The notes under the pieces were generated by a model that ran no database searches, was not told where the DNA came from, and saw nothing but the letters and a program-made list of their open reading frames with translations. A DNA stretch of 58,558 nt, taken from NCBI GenBank assembly GCA_001938485.1, contig MQRK01241546.1, positions 1 through 58,558 on the forward strand, in the 5' to 3' direction. The position numbers were made by a program, and so were the translations under genes. Source of the stretch: Girardia tigrina (Eukaryota). Below, one piece after another: positions 24,263 to 37,244 of this stretch. How positions within the stretch are numbered: position 1 is the first letter of the stretch; every line of letters begins with the position of its first letter.

Positions 24263-26533
24263 TCTTCATCCGTCCTTCAAATCGACTGTACACTAAAGTC
24301 CCTCGGGTCTTTTTCGACTCAGGTAGAAATTTAAAAGAAACAAAATGCAAATAATTAAATTAATTTTATTATTAACGGTAATGTTGACTGTTTAGGAATA
24401 ATAAAGAGCGATTTATGTGTTAATTATTTATTTATTACATTTATGACATACATTATAGGAATGAGACTTACAAATAAATCTTTTACAATATTTACATTCT
24501 AAAGCATATTTATTGTCCGATTTTGGGCAAATGTGACATCTACCTCTTTTGTCCACGTGTTCTTGCTGTTGGTACTTCTAAAGGAGATGTAGTTGTGCAT
24601 TTTTGTTCTAATATAAATTGTTGGCAATATGCCGCTCGTGGCAAAAGAGTCCGTCTCGTCATGTGTTCTTTTATCAATAATTCACCCACAGTTTCAATGA
24701 AAATTCTTCTTCGATAATTTTTTTTTATATTCCAATCTGGACAAACACATGTAAATAAAATCAATGCATTTGATATAGATATATTTAATATATTTGCAAA
24801 AACAGTAATTGGTCATCTATTTGTTTTCCTTCGAGTACTGTAATTGACTATCAATTTGTCTAAGGTGTCAACTCCTCCTTTCGTTGCATTATAATATAAT
24901 ATAATGTTAGGTTTATTTTCAGAACCACCTGACAATTCTTTCGTTTTGTGAAGAGTGCTCTGAAGAACAACACATTTATTTTTTTGGAATGTATGACACT
25001 AAAGTTGTGTCCTTTGTAAGTGCATATTTTGAAGTAAAAACTGCTTTACCTTTTACTTCGAGCAATACACGTGGAATTGTTGTTTTATTTTCTCTAATAG
25101 TGCCAATCATAGTATTTTTTTGGTAAGTAACATTTAACTTAATTCATAAGAAGTGAAAAAGTTGTCAACTGTTACATTTCTCTCTTCAAGTTGTTGACAC
25201 AAATCTAAAACCACTCGCCTTCCTTGATTCCTTTCAGGTGCTTCGCCAGCTACTTTTCCAGTGGATATATCTATATTCCAAACATAACTATTTTTGCTAT
25301 CGCACAGCACCCAAAATTTAATCCCATATTTAGTCAGCTTTTTTGGAATATATTGCCGAAACGGACATTTTCCGCAGTATGGAACCAATTGCTCATCGAT
25401 TGTGACATTTTCGCCCGGATTATAAAGATGTGGTAATGTTTCAACCCATTTATTCCAAAGTTCTCGGATCGGGGCTAATTTATCAGTATTTCTTCTAGTA
25501 GCTCGTGTACTACGATCATCAAATCGAATGACTCTCGATATAATTTTGAATCGTTTTAGTGACATAGTAGCCCTGAATATATGTCGTCCCTTTGTTTCGT
25601 GCCATAAATTTTCCTAAGCCTCGTTATTCGATTTATATACACCTGCTAACAACAAAAGTTCAATATATGCATCCAATTTGACAATATAGATATTTTTCCA
25701 ATGCTCTTTATATACACGATTTTCTTCAAAATTGGTATTTTGAATAATAATATTTTTTATAGAATTTGTAAACAATAATTCAAATGCAGAGAGTTCTGTT
25801 GATATGCGAGTAACAGCATATCTTGTGATTCCAGGGGTAGTTCTAATTACGTTTGATGATAATTGACGGCCATGTTGAATAAAGGGTTCTGATCGCCATT
25901 CAATACTTTTATCCTTAGAAAGATATGCTATAGATCTAGGAGGTGCATCATCTATCTCACTATCAGAAGTTTCAATCAATTCTTCAATATGATCTGATGT
26001 CTCCGAGCAGCTATCATTTTCCGATGAAAATTCAAGTAAATTATCCTCTTCATATTCAATTCGTCTTGACATGATGATAAATCTACACAAAAAAGTAAGT
26101 AAGGGTAATAAAAAATGAAAACGTTTTTTCTTTCAAATAAGCACCTACCAAGGTTATAACGTATGTAGTTCTTTGTAATTCAATAAAAAATCAATAAAAA
26201 TGAAAAGTAATGAAACGGTTAGCACAAATATATGCACACTCGTACGCGAAGGAGTACTTCTTAGAAGGCGATAAACAATACACATCTGTTTGCACTGGGA
26301 ATTTCAATAATTTGTCCAAAAATAGACTTGGGTCATATAAGACCCGAGGGACTGAAGTGTTACTTTTTTTATAAGAGATAATCCAGGTAACATTTTTTTC
26401 TTTTTCAAAATTAGTTTATTATATCAACAAAATCAAAGTCATGAAATTGCAGATATGAAGTATTAATATTTTAAGATATATTTGCGAAAAAAAATCACTT
26501 CAGGTCGAAAAAGACCAGAGGGACGGATGAAGC
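24263..26533 (-). mobile_element. piggyBac transposon, full length, transposase disrupted (PGBD4-like)
   Basis: TTAA at 24259-62 and 26534-37, TIR CTTCATCCGTCC and subterminal repeats. Transposase motifs TIDEQL, KYGIKFW, VTVDNFFTS, GGVDTLD and a Cys-rich tail, with stops and frameshifts. Confidence 0.93.
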
Positions 26534-26671
26534 TTAACATACCTAGATTCTCAAAAAACTACAATATTAATTTTACTTTTATTAAATATTTACGATATTA
26601 CCTAAAATAGACTTATATCGTAAAGTAAATACATTCAAAACTTTCCACTTTTAAAATATCTTTCATATTAA

Positions 26672-28522
26672 CCCTTACCCCCATTTGACTTTTTTTTACT
26701 TTTTATATTATATTAAAACTCTCAAAAAATTTTTATTAGCAATTTAATTGATCTTCTTAATTTTAGTAATTTTATTTTTTTCAAACGTTACATATTTAAT
26801 TATATAAAAAATTTTTTCGTACATATTTAATATAACTTTCTTTCAAAAATTTTCCTAACATTTTTAATTCCTAACAGTAGTTTTGGATTATAATTGGCTT
26901 GCCCTCTTGACCAACAACCTCTCGTGAAAAATGACTACTGCTGAGGAGTATCACTGCTTTATTTTTCTTAGGCACATAGGAACACAAAGAAATTTAATTT
27001 TTGTTTGCAAATCGAAATTCCATTGAAAGTGGAGGTCGCCGATTGTTTTTTCGCATGGACTGCGGAACTTTCTTCAATGATGGTGAACTGTGCCCACTTC
27101 AAGTAAGGTACTGGCAGGTGCGTGGCTAGTGAAGAAATTATCAGTGGTGATATTTCTCCCCGAGTTACGAAATGGTTTAGCAAGCTTAACGACAATATCA
27201 TGAGCCAGACCTTTCTGAGGTTTATTACCGGTTCTTGCACAATAAATTATGGCATTCAACGCATATCCTGTTCGTGCTTCGCAAATCCAAAATTTTTTCA
27301 AGCCGTATTTCCGGGGCTTTGATGGCATGTAAGTTTTTCCTGGAATTTCGCCGCTATAACCAACAAGCTGTTCGTCCACAGCCGGATCTGTTCCAGGAAT
27401 ATAAAACTTTCGAAGCTTGGGTACAGACATGTCCCAAACATTTCGGATTGCAGCAAGCTTCTCTGTTTTCTTCCGCTCTTCTCTAGAAGGAAATTGTCGA
27501 ATCGAAGACATTTGAGAAGGAATTCAACCCTATGACGAGACGTGTAGGCTCTATAAAATGGTTTGCTGTCATCTTCCTTGTAAAGGTCAGACAGAGCTGT
27601 CAGGTTGTCTCTATCGACTTCTGCACGAATTATGAATCCCAGAAAAGCATTCAGCTCAGAAAATGAACAATTTCCATATGTCGTACTGCTGCGGAGTTTC
27701 CCGTCCGAGTGCCTTTGCTTTCCTAATAGTGCAAGGAAGAATGACGCGTCTTATTTCTTCTGTAAACAATTTATCAAATATTGACAACTCGTCCATAACA
27801 TCTGTCAAAGTTCGCTGACGCGCATTAACGATATTCCTTCGATGTCGAACATTATGTACAGGTTCATGGCTCCACTTCACTCCATTACAGATCTCGTCAT
27901 CATCACGAGACCCTTCTTCAGAATCGCTATCTTCAACAAAAACGTTCATGTCACCTTCGTCATCATTTGCCAGCATGGATTGTGGCTCGTCATTTACTTC
28001 GGTTTCCATTTCGCAGACTAGTGGCACTTCCATATCTTCTTCATCACTAATGACTGTATTTCCCAAAGGCTGCCGAAGTGGAGGGGGGTTATATATTATT
28101 CCTCGCTCTCAAGTGGACCTTCGTGAGAAATATCATACAAGCGAGCAACAGATAAAAATGTGGATGACAAAGCTTCGAAAATATTGCGCGACATCTGAAG
28201 AAAAAAGAAAAGTTATTACAATCGGAAAAATAGGAATAAGGCATGCAACAACATAACACAAAACGTTTTCTATGATAAGAAAATAATTACCTGGAAATAT
28301 ACTTAATTAATAAAAATCAATTAATTATTAAAAAATAAGTCAGTCATTATAATCTGATAAGTATTAACATTGAAAAACATAAATAGGTAATAATAATACT
28401 ATAACATTATTATAATAATCGTTATTTGTAACCGTAGTTGCGTTTCCTCGCCCAAAGTATATTGTCTGCAAAATGTAGTCTCGTGGGGATTGAGGATGAA
28501 AATTTCAACGGTATGATAAGGG
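26672..28522 (-). mobile_element. Second piggyBac transposon, different family, 3'-deleted transposase
   Basis: TTAA|CCCTTA ... TAAGGG|TTAA. Motifs AVDEQLV, YMPSKPRKYGLK and ITTDNFFTS, acidic N-terminus. Confidence 0.88.
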
Positions 28523-29799
28523 TTAACATACAAATTCTGAAACTTTCATATTACTCTTGATAGTTAATGTATGTAACTTCATATAATCTAAGCATTTTAG
28601 CCAACGATATCAAGTCAATTTTCAAATATTATTGTTGAGTACCACAACAATTATGTTTATGAAAATCATAAAAAATATATGTAAAAAATTTTAATTCGCT
28701 ATTTATTTGTATAAAGTAATTTTATGATGAAAAATTTATTAAAAATAATTGTTAAGATTTGTTTGAATAGATTGTACAAAATCACAAATAAAATTTTTTT
28801 TCGGAATTTCGATTTTTGATTTGTTTAGCCATGATTGAGTTGAATTTTCATAGTTGAATTTTCTCCATTTCATATAACTGGTTAAAATTCATAAATTTAA
28901 AAATTCATATTTAAATAACCTGGCGCACTTAAAATTTTTGAATATTTAAAATAAGCTAATATCAAAATTAAAAGTTCTTGAAAAGAATTATAATTAAAAC
29001 ATCTCTAATTAATTTTAAAAAGTAATTCTCAAAAATTAATTATGAATTATATTTTCTAAAAATGTCATTTTTAAAACGGATAATTTTTTAATTACTTAAA
29101 CTATTTGAAATGTTGTAAATTTTAAACTATTTGTAAATAATTTATTTTTTAATTATTAATAATTAATTTGAAGTTTTAAAATTAGTATTATTTATATACC
29201 TAAATTTAAAAATCTCATTTCCATTTTAAAATAATTTATTCTTGATACATTTCAATATTTTGCGTCGTTTTAAGAATTCATTAGACTTATATAATTTTAC
29301 TTAAAAGGAAAGTATCAAAATATTTTATTATAGATTTTTATTAATTCGCCTTAAATTCAAAAGCAATATAATCTAATAACCACCACAATGTTAACATTCA
29401 ATCAAAGATTTCGCAAATATTTGATAAAGTGATAAATCTCTACATTTTTTATCGGTAATCATCAGCAATTTCAAAATCATATATATTGATAAAAAACTAT
29501 TCACTATTTGAAAATATTTCAATATTAAAAAATAATAAAATTCTTTTCAATATTTCAAAAACAAAATAAAAACCAATATTATTAAATCAATTTTGAAAAA
29601 AATAAAATCCAAACAAAATATTATATTTCAAATAATTTCTCAACAAAAATTACTAATCACCGAACATCAAAGGTCATATCGAAGAAATTTGTTTTACTAA
29701 ACCAATACAAATATTTCATCGCGATTTTAAGTTCTATGGTTGAATAAACAAAATTTTCGTTAATCAAAATTCGCATTTGAAAAAAACAAACTGATCCCA

Positions 29800-31886
29800 A
29801 TGCAATCGTATCAAAATCCACATTTACAATACCAACTGAAATGCTCCAATAATTACACTCAACAGAAATCAACCGCCAATTCGAATAACAATAATAATTA
29901 TCCCTCCAATCAATTCCCATCGATCAACATGAACACAAAACCTGCTGGTCCATATGGTCCCTATCTGCACCAGCCGCACTCATATCAACACAATGTCGTG
30001 CCGCAATCCCTGATCCACCAAACATATCACAACAACAATAATAATAACATCAATATCGACCAGCACAATCTCTACTCAAAGTCCTCCAACAATAAATCTC
30101 CGCCAATCGAATCGATCGACAAGAATCACTTCCTCAAGAACCAATTGATTCAATTGCGGGCGCAAATAAACACTTACAAATTGCTCGCTAAATCTCAGCC
30201 GATTCCTCAATCGATCATCAGTGCGGCAAATGGATCGATCTTTAAGCCGCTCATCACCGAGCCGACCAAAGACACTCGCGCCGCTTCAATCAAATCGAAC
30301 AATCGACCGAATAATCGCCACAGCGACACTAACGACAACAATAACGACAATATCAACAGTGATAATCGATCGGGCGCGATTCTATCGACCATATCGACCC
30401 GCGTGAGTCAAGCGAGTCTCGACAAGAGCCTGGACCCGGTGGAATTGCTGCGCGACCGCGAGACGCGAATACAAACGCGCATCGAGCAGAGAATCTCGGA
30501 ATTGTCGATGAGTCACGCCAATATTTCCTCTTTCTCTCCGCTGTCGCAGCAACAGCAACATCAACAACAGCAGCAGTTGTCGTCGTCGTCTAATTCGTCA
30601 TCGAATTCGTCGTCGTCGTCGTTGTCGCAGACGCAAACCGCACACAAATTGAAAATCCTAATCGAATTGAAAGCGCTCAAATTGTTGTCGCTGCAGAAAT
30701 CTCTCCGGCACGACATCGTCACGAGTATGAGACGCGATTGTCGTCTCGAGAGTGCACTGAACATCAAATACTACCGGAAACCGAAACGGCAAACGCTGAA
30801 GGAATCGCGCTACACGGAGAAACTCGAGAAGAAGTTGAAATACGACCAGGAGAAACGAAAGCGCCAGAAGCACCAGGAGTTTCTGAACGCGGTCATTTTC
30901 CACTGGAAGGAATTCAAAGAATTTCATAGGAATATCGATTTTAAAATCATCAAATTGAACAAATCGATCTTGAATTATTTCACCAACAGCGAGCGGTACA
31001 AGCGCAAGGAACAGGAGCGGATCGAGCGCGAGCGAATGCGACGGCTGATGGCCGAGGACGAGGAAGGTTACCGGAAGTTGATCGATGAGAAGAAGGACAT
31101 GAGACTGCACTACTTGCTGTCGCAGACCGACGAGTTCATCGCCGGACTGACGAAGCTCGTCAAAGACCACAAACGGGATCAGATCTTGAAAAAGAAAGCC
31201 GAGTTGGAGTTGGAGCGAGAGAAACGGAAAATCGAGTGTCTGTCGAGATCGATTGGACGAAACTGTCACGGGTTGTTGTTGTCGGCGGACGAGTTGCAAA
31301 AAGCGGCCGGGTTTTTGTTGGGTGGCAGTTTTCAATTGGCCGTACAAAAGTTGCCGAGTGAAGTGAGAATCGATGTGGTGAATCGAAATACGGGTCAGAA
31401 ATTGATGGATTCGAGTGGCCCGTTGATTGGAGAACTGGAGCAATGGTTGGCGGATAATCGCGACTGGGAGGTTCTGGCGACTGACGAGTCATGCGGAGGC
31501 CTGGGCGGGATAGCAGAGATGGATTCGGACGCGCTCGAGATCGATTTGGCCGATGAAGAGCTGAATAACAGCGACGACTGTGAGCCGATTCACATCGGGG
31601 CGGAGGACGACGAGTACAACAAGAACCACACGCAGACATACTACACGCTGGCGCACTCGGTACAGGAGGAAATTCGGGAGCAGTCGAGTTTGCTCGTGAA
31701 CGGACAGTTGAAAGAGTATCAGATCAAGGGACTGGAGTGGCTGGTGTCGCTGTACAATAACAATCTCAATGGGATTCTCGCTGACGAAATGGGTCTAGGA
31801 AAGACGATTCAAACAATCGGCCTCATCACGTATTTGATGGAGAAGAAGCGCGTCAATGGACCGTTTCTCATTATCGTTCCGTTATC
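29800..31886 (+). CDS. SMARCA4: Brahma / SMARCA2-4 SWI/SNF ATPase, large 5' coding exon (QLQ, HSA, BRK, ATPase motif I)
   Basis: [15 protein letters not shown] (QLQ), [23 protein letters not shown] (HSA), [15 protein letters not shown] (BRK) and [17 protein letters not shown]. Donor TC|gttagt, phase 2. Confidence 0.95.
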
Positions 31887-31919
31887 GTTAGTGGATTCGA
31901 TTTGGGTGTTCTGTTAAAC

Positions 31920-32560
31920 TTTATATTTTATTATTACTATTTCTTACTATTGTAATTAATTATTATTATCAATATTTATTATTATTATTAATTATTTATT
32001 AATTATTAATAAATAATTATAATTAATTTATTATTATTATAAATTATTTTTTGTTTCTAGTATTTATAATTTTTTATTATTATTAATTTTAATAATTTAA
32101 TATTATTTTTAATAATTATTATTTAATATTATTATTTATTATTCATAATAATAATTTTTATTTACTTTTCTTATTATATTTATTATTATTATTTTTAATT
32201 AATTATATTGATATTATTATTATTTTTTACGATTATAATTAATTGCTATTATCAACATTTATTATTATTAGTATTATTGATTATAACTTGTTTTTCTATT
32301 ACTATTAATTTTTATTAATTTTATTATTAATTATATAAATTATTTTTTTTAATTTAATCGATAATTATCATAAATAATTTATTATTTATTATGCACAATA
32401 ATAATAAGAAATTTTATTTACTATTCTTATTTATTTTTGTTATTATGAATTATTGAAATTAATTTTTATGATTAATTATATTAATTATTTATTATTATTT
32501 ATTTATATTTTTAATATTAAATAAAATAAGTAATAAAAATATAAGTACTATACATCATAA
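31920..32560. repeat. Extreme AT low-complexity (ATT)n-like tract at the start of Brahma intron 1
   Basis: For example, 31981-32040 contains no G or C. Confidence 0.9.
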
Positions 32561-33040
32561 TTTTAATAATTCTCATAAGCAAACCACATGAATTGAAAGC
32601 AAATCAATAATATTTCAATGGGATTCGGATAAATAAATCACAAAAGAAACCGTCCCCTGAAAAATATAATATTTTCGTTGCAGAATTTACGATAGTTTTT
32701 TGTAGTAAATTTCGTCGCGGAATTTATGATAATTTAGTTTGTGATAAATATTATCATATTACAATCAATTATTAAAAATTTTGCGATTTTTTTGCGATGT
32801 GTTTTTATAATGTTTTTTTCTGTGAACCAATATAAATAATAAATAAACAATTAAATAATAATTTAACAATGTTTTATGGATTTGAGTTTAGAATTAAGAG
32901 GAGTTAGTTTAAATTTGCACTTCACCAAAATTGTTTATTATTTTTTTTAATTTGAAAGTTTTAAAAAGTTAAATAAATACAAAAAATTTTAAAATTAAAA
33001 ATGGTATTATAAAGAGAACCATCAAAAAGTACATATTTAT

Positions 33041-33701
33041 ATAAAAACAAGTTAATAAAAAGTCTAGTGACAATTTAAGCGCAATTTCCTTATGTTATTC
33101 GTTGCCAAATTATTAAAACGTTTATATCAGTATTTGACTATGATTAATTTTTTGTGACCGAACGAAAGGATATTTTTGAAAACTTTCTTCGGCAATATTG
33201 TTCTAATTTTCGTAAATTGCGCTAAAAACCAACTTCATCAAGTAAACAATGTCCATATAAAATTAATTAATTAATCCATATGAAATTAATAGTTGTCTAT
33301 TAATTATTAAAACGTTTATATCAGTATTTGAATATGATTAATTTTTTGTGACCGAACGAAAGGATATTTTTGAAAACTTTCTTCGGCAATATTGTTCTAA
33401 ATTATTGCAGGAATCGATTGGTAAATGTTTCAAGTCGCTAAGTGGTCTGGTTGCCGAGATATAGGCCAAAAACTGCATTTTTTCGAGGTTTTTTGGCTTT
33501 TCCGGGAAATCAATAAAGGAATTCCGGGAATTTTTTGGCCCACAATTATCCTCCGAACTTGCTTAACATATTTGCTTTTGGAACTAGCCCTCGATATTGC
33601 TTCGTTGAAGAGGAGATACGACTTAAAGCTGCGGACACACATCCATCCACACAGAAATAACCAATTAATAATCGCAATTGTCAGTATGGAAATTGCGCTA
33701 A
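33041..33701. mobile_element. Non-autonomous Helentron/DINE-1-like element, copy 2
   Basis: Same element as 3913-4571. 12-bp subTIR AGCGCAATTTCC/GGAAATTGCGCT and an internal ~100-bp duplication. Confidence 0.6.
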
Positions 33702-34063
33702 TAAAAAAAAATGTTTACAGTCATAACTGAGGCGAGCAAAAGTCAATAAAGTCAAAATGGTATCATGAGGTAGAAATAATTTGAGAAGCACCAAAGTACT
33801 CATAAATATATAGGTTAATAGGTCAAAAAATATCAAAAAATTCTTAAGGTCAAAAAATTTCAAAACAAGGAAAAGTAAGTCAAAATTAGAAAAATTAGGT
33901 CAAAATAAGAAAATATTTTGTCAAAAATGTCAAAAAAAGTTTAATTAAGTCAAAAATGACAATTAAAAAAGTAATAATTTTAAAAAATTTAATTTCTTTA
34001 AATCAAATATGGTAATTTAGTCATTAAACAAAAATAACACCATTTTAATTTTAAATTTTTATT

Positions 34064-34104
34064 GGAAAACATGTTTCGCCACTTTTGTGGCATCTTCAGT
34101 TCGG
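34064..34104 (-). ncRNA. Minimal type-I hammerhead ribozyme
   Basis: Minus strand GAA CUGAAGA U GCCAC AAAA GUGGC GAAAC AU GUU UUC. Confidence 0.8.
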
Positions 34105-34132
34105 TATTTAATTAGAAAGTTATTGTTTATAT

Positions 34133-34532
34133 CAGCGACGTAGCCAGGATTGCAGAGGGGGGGGGGTGGAAAAAAATTCCTGAAAGATCTAGCAATCTTA
34201 AATATAAACTTGGTGGCAAAAATAACAAGAATGAAATAATATTTATTTATTTTTATTTCTTTATAATTACATGTCCAGCTGACGCTTTCCTTTGCGGAAC
34301 TCGTGAATAAAATCTTCAAACGATACTTCTATGTCACGATGAATGCTCAAAAACATTAATCCATTGAGTCTTTCCTCTCCTGTCGTATTTCTGTCATCGG
34401 TTTTGAGTTGTTTCATCTTACTGAATGATCGTTCGATATCAGCAGTCGTTACAGGAATCACATTGTAAATTTTCAGTAATTTAATCCAGGGGGGTGGAAA
34501 TCCACCCAATCACCCCCCTGGCTACGCGCCTG
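34133..34532 (-). mobile_element. 400-bp internally deleted hAT element retaining the dimerisation domain
   Basis: TIRs CAGCGACGTAGCCAGG / CCTGGCTACGCGCCTG and exact 8-bp TSD GTTTATAT. Encodes IPVTTADIERSFSKMKQLKT..RLNGLMFLSIHRD. Confidence 0.9.
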
Positions 34533-36222
34533 GTTTATATAGAAAGATGACCATTACGTCACAGTGTGTTACGTCAAAATACTCTAATATGATTGGACGA
34601 ATCACTTTACACATTTAAACTAGGTTTACAAAACTTTATCAAGAGTGCTTCAGTAATTGTCCTTTCATAATTGTGATCAAAGTTACTAATCGAACCCCGA
34701 AAATCATTATCAAATACCCTCCTTTGAGTTCCATGACATTTCACTATGTGGTCCAAAATTGAGCTTTTTCTATTTGATTGGGTATGTTCTGCAATTCAGG
34801 GGTCTACAGAAAACCAACGGACACTGGTCTTTACAGTACTCCGAGTAGTTTCTGTGACCCAAAATATAATAGAAGTATGATTAAGGGTCTAGTGCATAGA
34901 GTTTGGAGTTTAACTTCTTCTTTTGAAATTTTTGATAAAGAAATTGATACTCTCTATAATAGACTTAGTATTAATGGTTATAATAAGAAATATTTAAATA
35001 ACATCATAACATGGTATTATTTTTGTTTAATTTTAAAAAGTATCAAAAATTTAGAAAACATTGTTTTGTAATATTTTTTTTTAAAAAGTTTTTTTTTAAT
35101 TTTTAAATTGTTCTAGTTTATTTTATTTTTTTCTTCATTCTCATATTGAATATTTCTTAAAATATTCAATTATTTTTGTTCAATTACATGAACAAGTTGT
35201 GAAAACATTGTCTTCAGAACAATGATAATAAACAAAGAAATACAATTAAGATAAACTAGATCAATTTAAAATTGTGTAATGCAAGTGAAGACAAAATATG
35301 CAGCCGTAGACAACTTGATTGCCACTGCCAAAGCCCTCACAGTAAAGAACCGTGAACGGCGAGACTTTATTAAAATTATTGGACAATCATTTCAGCCGGT
35401 TGTAACGAGATTGACCGCATGGTTGCATGTAGCTTACTACTACGTGGAGCATTTACCAACAGTTTGACAGATTGTTAATTCTACTGACTGCAAAGAGCTC
35501 CTTCTTGCTCACACCCAAGAGGCGGTCGCCAATTCTACTCTTTCTAAAGGTTTTATCAACATTTTACAATATAAGTCACTTGTACACTTTGTAGAATGTT
35601 TTGAGCCTCCAGACTATCATATACGGTAGGTAGTTAAAAACCTACAAATATTTCATGTTGGGCGGATCCATGTTCCATTAGAAAATACTAGGATAAAAGT
35701 TTGGACAGTAGTGAAATTATGGACTAAATGAAGATGAGGAGAAACGATTTGTCCCCTCACTTTTATGCTTTACTGCAAGAAGCGCAGTAAACAAGTGCTG
35801 CGGTTGAAATGAGTTTTTCAATTCTGAAAAGAATTTTGCGACACGATCGCAACTTTGATGGGGGAAATTTGCGATATTATGCATTGCAGAATTTTAATTC
35901 CACTGCTTGAACATTTTTTACTCTATATGTTATTAATAAAATTTTGATATACTTGTTCTCTTAACTAATTTTTTATGATCAAAAAATTCAAAATCTAGGT
36001 AAAATAAAGTCAAAAGTTTAATTTTTTAGGTCAAAAAAATACCCGCCCTAGTCATAACAATTGATATCTTTTAGTAAAAGTTTTGAAATAAGAATTTTAA
36101 AATAAATAATAAACGGATAACTTAATAATATTTTAAGAAATAATTTTGTAAATAAAAGACTTATGGTAAATTTAAATTAATTAGTTATGGGGTAAAATTT
36201 TATAAAAATTTTTAGTTACAAT

Positions 36223-36823
36223 TAAGGTTGCCAGATGTCCGGTTTTGAACCGGTCAGTCCGTTAATTCAACTGGTTGTTCGGTATAAAAAAATTATAAAA
36301 ACCGGACTTACATTTGACGGTATTTCTCCCGAAGCTTATTTCCACAATCTTCAAATATGAGGTATTCGTATTTTTTTATTTTTTTGGTCGCTCAAAGTTT
36401 TGAAGGACAAATAAACATTCCTAAATGGTAATTTTTTTTATCGTAGTGGGCGAATTATTTCTTTCAAAAAGAATCGGCACCAAATTTATTGAAACTAGCT
36501 CAATTCGTCTTTTCGATTCCAGTTTCGAATGCAAATGTTGAAAGGATTTTTAGTGTGATGGGAAATCTATNNNNNNNNNNNNNNNNNNNNNNNNNNNNNN
36601 NNNNNNNNNNNNNNNNNNNNNNNNNNNNNNNNNNNNNNNNTTATACATGCCAAAATATAAGAGAAATATTTTCTAAAAATAAAAAACTGCTAAAAGCTAC
36701 ATCGCAGAATGAAAAATATAAAAAGAACCAAAAATAATAAATAAAAATATATGGAAAATAAAATTTTGTTGTTTTATTTTAAATTTTGTCCGGTATTCTT
36801 CGAAGTTTCAACTGACAACCCTA
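36223..36823 (+). mobile_element. Internally deleted hAT element (Blackjack-like TIR)
   Basis: TAAGGTTGCCAG / CTGACAACCCTA, exact TSD GTTACAAT, and FSIPVSNANVERIFS. Confidence 0.88.
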
Positions 36824-37244
36824 GTTACAATTTCAAAATTAATTTTATTAATGTTTTATTTAAAATTTAAATTTATTAAATTTTACAAATTGAATTGGAA
36901 GAAAAATTTAATGGATTGATTTTGGCGAAATGATTGAATTAACAAGAGATTTGTTTAATTATGTGAATTATTGTCATTAATAAAATTTTGGTGATGAATT
37001 ATGAACTTCGAATCTAGTGATTATGAAAGTGACATTAACGCTACTTTCAAGAATTATTCATTTACAATATTAATATGCAATCTGATGAGACATGAGGTAT
37101 TACAAGTGCACTCATTGTAGACAACTGTTTTCTTTTGTTAAGGATGTATAAAATTTCGATTGGGGAGAGTCTCCTGTTTGATTGCTTCAGTTGATATTCA
37201 AAATATAAGCTAGAATATTTCGAGAATATCCAAATATAAGCTAG

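Larger units (their letters stand above)
34030..35015. mobile_element. Penelope-like fragment (inverted pLTR with hammerhead plus + strand RT thumb)
   Basis: VYRKPTDTGLY..MIKGLVHRVWSLTSS at 34795-35010; hammerhead on the opposite strand at 34064-34104. Confidence 0.75.
33728..36050 (+). mobile_element. hAT transposon remnant carrying nested insertions
   Basis: Exact 8-bp TSD GTCATAAC (33720-27 and 36051-58) and degenerate TAGGGCGGG-type TIR. Transposase remnants at 35270-35910 (QPVVTR, TSAAVEMSFSILKRILRHDRNF). Confidence 0.75.

Noticed and set aside
30207-31639. Several antisense and alternative-frame ORFs up to 261 aa
   Set aside because: Shadow ORFs caused by the high GC of the Brahma exon; no recognisable motifs.
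37082-37125. CTGATGA followed by a short stem
   Set aside because: No GAAA box at the required position, so not a hammerhead.
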